Assembly: GCA_963727505.1 (NCBI GenBank)
Contig: CAVSGP010000004.1
Coordinates: forward strand, 864,001-928,000
From: an uncultured Trueperaceae bacterium
GTDB lineage: Bacteria; Deinococcota; Deinococci; Deinococcales; Trueperaceae
Reading direction: 5' to 3'
DNA length: 64,000 nt
Positions 62,926-64,000 of the stretch are shown in pieces. Within the stretch, counting starts at the first letter, position 1; each line of letters begins with the position of its first letter. The translations under genes and the position numbers were made by a program. A model generated the notes under the pieces. It worked only from the letters and a program-made list of their open reading frames with translations, searched no databases and had not been told where the DNA came from.

Positions 62926-63304
62926 GGAAGGAGGTCTAAACCATAGAGGCCAAAGACCACTTCTCGAAGAGCAACCCTCGGCCCACTAGAGGCTCGACCG
63001 AGTAACTCCTCAAGCGGAGGAGCACCGACAGAGCAGGAATAGGCGATCGAGGGTTGCTCTCATGTGAACTCCGCTGCAGCCTGCGGCCCCACCCAGGATG
63101 GGTGCGGGCCTTTCGCATGCCGCAAGGCCCCACCCGAGCCCGTCCGGTACGGCTAGACCGGAACCTTCGAAACGCCCGTGCTGAATCGCGATGGGCAGAT
63201 CGCGAACCCACGAACAAAGCCCCCTTGGCTGACGCCGGCCTCGTGGACAGCGCCTTTGGGGGCTTGATGCGAGGAGCCGGCGCCGTTGCGACGGCGGCTC
63301 CTCG
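62926..63304 (+). ncRNA. Large structured ncRNA candidate (6S/Ms1-like)
   Basis: TATCAT -10 at 62914-62919; 13-bp perfect stem 62968-62980/63048-63060 and at least six further hairpins; no credible ORF. The 3' end is uncertain (63114 or 63304). Confidence 0.55.
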
Positions 63305-63563
63305 ATCCGATGTCCTTGTACCACTTCCGGGGCAACGCTCGATCGCCGTTCGTTGCGCGATCACCCTTCGTCGGCGCGGACCGAACGGCGCCATGGACAT
63401 TCGTCCTTGCCGGGTCGCATCGCCCCCTGTTACAACTCCGATGTGAGGGTCCGACATCCCCGGTCGCGACCCCTCGGAACTGCTACGCTGGAGTCAGGCA
63501 CACCGTCTGGCACACCGCGCGAAAGGCGGCGCGCGCTTCGGTGCGGCCCGGAGAGGAAGCTCG

Positions 63564-63800
63564 ATGGCATACGTGATCGCTGAGCCCTGCATTGGCGTCA
63601 AGGACGCGTCCTGCGTGGACGTCTGCCCTGTGGAATGCATCTACGAAGCCGAAGACCAGTTCTACATCCATCCAGAGGAGTGCATCGACTGCGGTGCCTG
63701 CGTCCCCGCCTGCCCGGTCGACGCGATCTTCCCCGAGATCGACGTGCCCGATGAGTGGGCGTCGTTCACCGAGAAGAACGCCAAGCTCTCCGGCCTGTAA
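63564..63800 (+). CDS. fdx: 7Fe ([3Fe-4S][4Fe-4S]) ferredoxin
   Basis: EPCIGVKDASCVDVCPVECI and CIDCGACVPACP; RBS GGAGAGGA. Confidence 0.95.
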   Translation: MAYVIAEPCIGVKDASCVDVCPVECIYEAEDQFYIHPEECIDCGACVPACPVDAIFPEIDVPDEWASFTEKNAKLSGL

Positions 63801-64000
63801 GCCGGAGAGCCGCTGTCTGAACATTCGACCGGACAGCCGCAACGTGATGCTGGGGACCTGAGCGCCCGGCCCGCGGGCACATCTACCGTGGGTTAGCGGT
63901 GGGTCGGCGCGGTGATCCTGTCGCGTCACGCTCGCTGTCGGCACTCGCCCACCGGCACTCCGACACCGGCGCCATCGAGTGCTTCGCCGCCGCCCACGCC

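Noticed and set aside
62943..63005. 20-codon ATA-initiated frame after a strong SD-like GGAAGGAGG
   Set aside because: Non-canonical start, and the SD is predicted to be paired within the RNA structure; unsupported without Ribo-seq.
63133..63190. CCCGAGCCCGTC and GCTGAATC resembling c-di-AMP (ydaO) riboswitch motifs
   Set aside because: Motifs are in the wrong order and other conserved elements are missing.

Overview
High-GC bacterial chromosomal window, most consistent with a Deinococcota (Thermus/Truepera-like) genome. This is inferred from an fbcCXFB-type bc complex, Thermus-like PsrABC, a 7Fe ferredoxin, a LysW-like zinc ribbon and several leaderless-type starts. Contents in order: MFS (partial), DUF1330, a lipoprotein cholesterol-dependent-cytolysin-like (CDCL) protein with a C-terminal LamG domain, msrB, a TetR/hydrolase pair and DUF2239. 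Next is a ~13 kb minus-strand surface-mannosylation-like operon (polyprenol-P-mannose synthase+GtrA, HPrK-like P-loop protein, GT39, PLC-family phosphoesterase, Ig-like protein, GH99-like, manC, two paralogous metallophosphoesterases) converging on an atypical LuxR. Then come ppsR/ppsA, msrA, the fbcCXFB bc complex, and sugar oxidoreductases with GH15. A low-oxygen island follows (soluble Cys-containing kinase, NarL regulator, three USPs, HemG-like flavodoxin, exported rhodanese, psrABC+TorD, hydrogenase maturation protease and hypABFCDE), then pgm, a K+-independent H+-PPase and ferredoxin. Non-coding signals read from the sequence include a large structured 6S/Ms1-like RNA candidate between hppA and fdx, two copies of a CU-rich sRNA-like motif, a CCCGGG-centred palindrome shared by the DUF2239 and DUF1330 promoters, and two families of NarL-type operator boxes at fixed distance from -10 elements. 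No rRNA, tRNA, CRISPR array or transposase was recognised. All family calls come from motif recognition by eye, not database searches.
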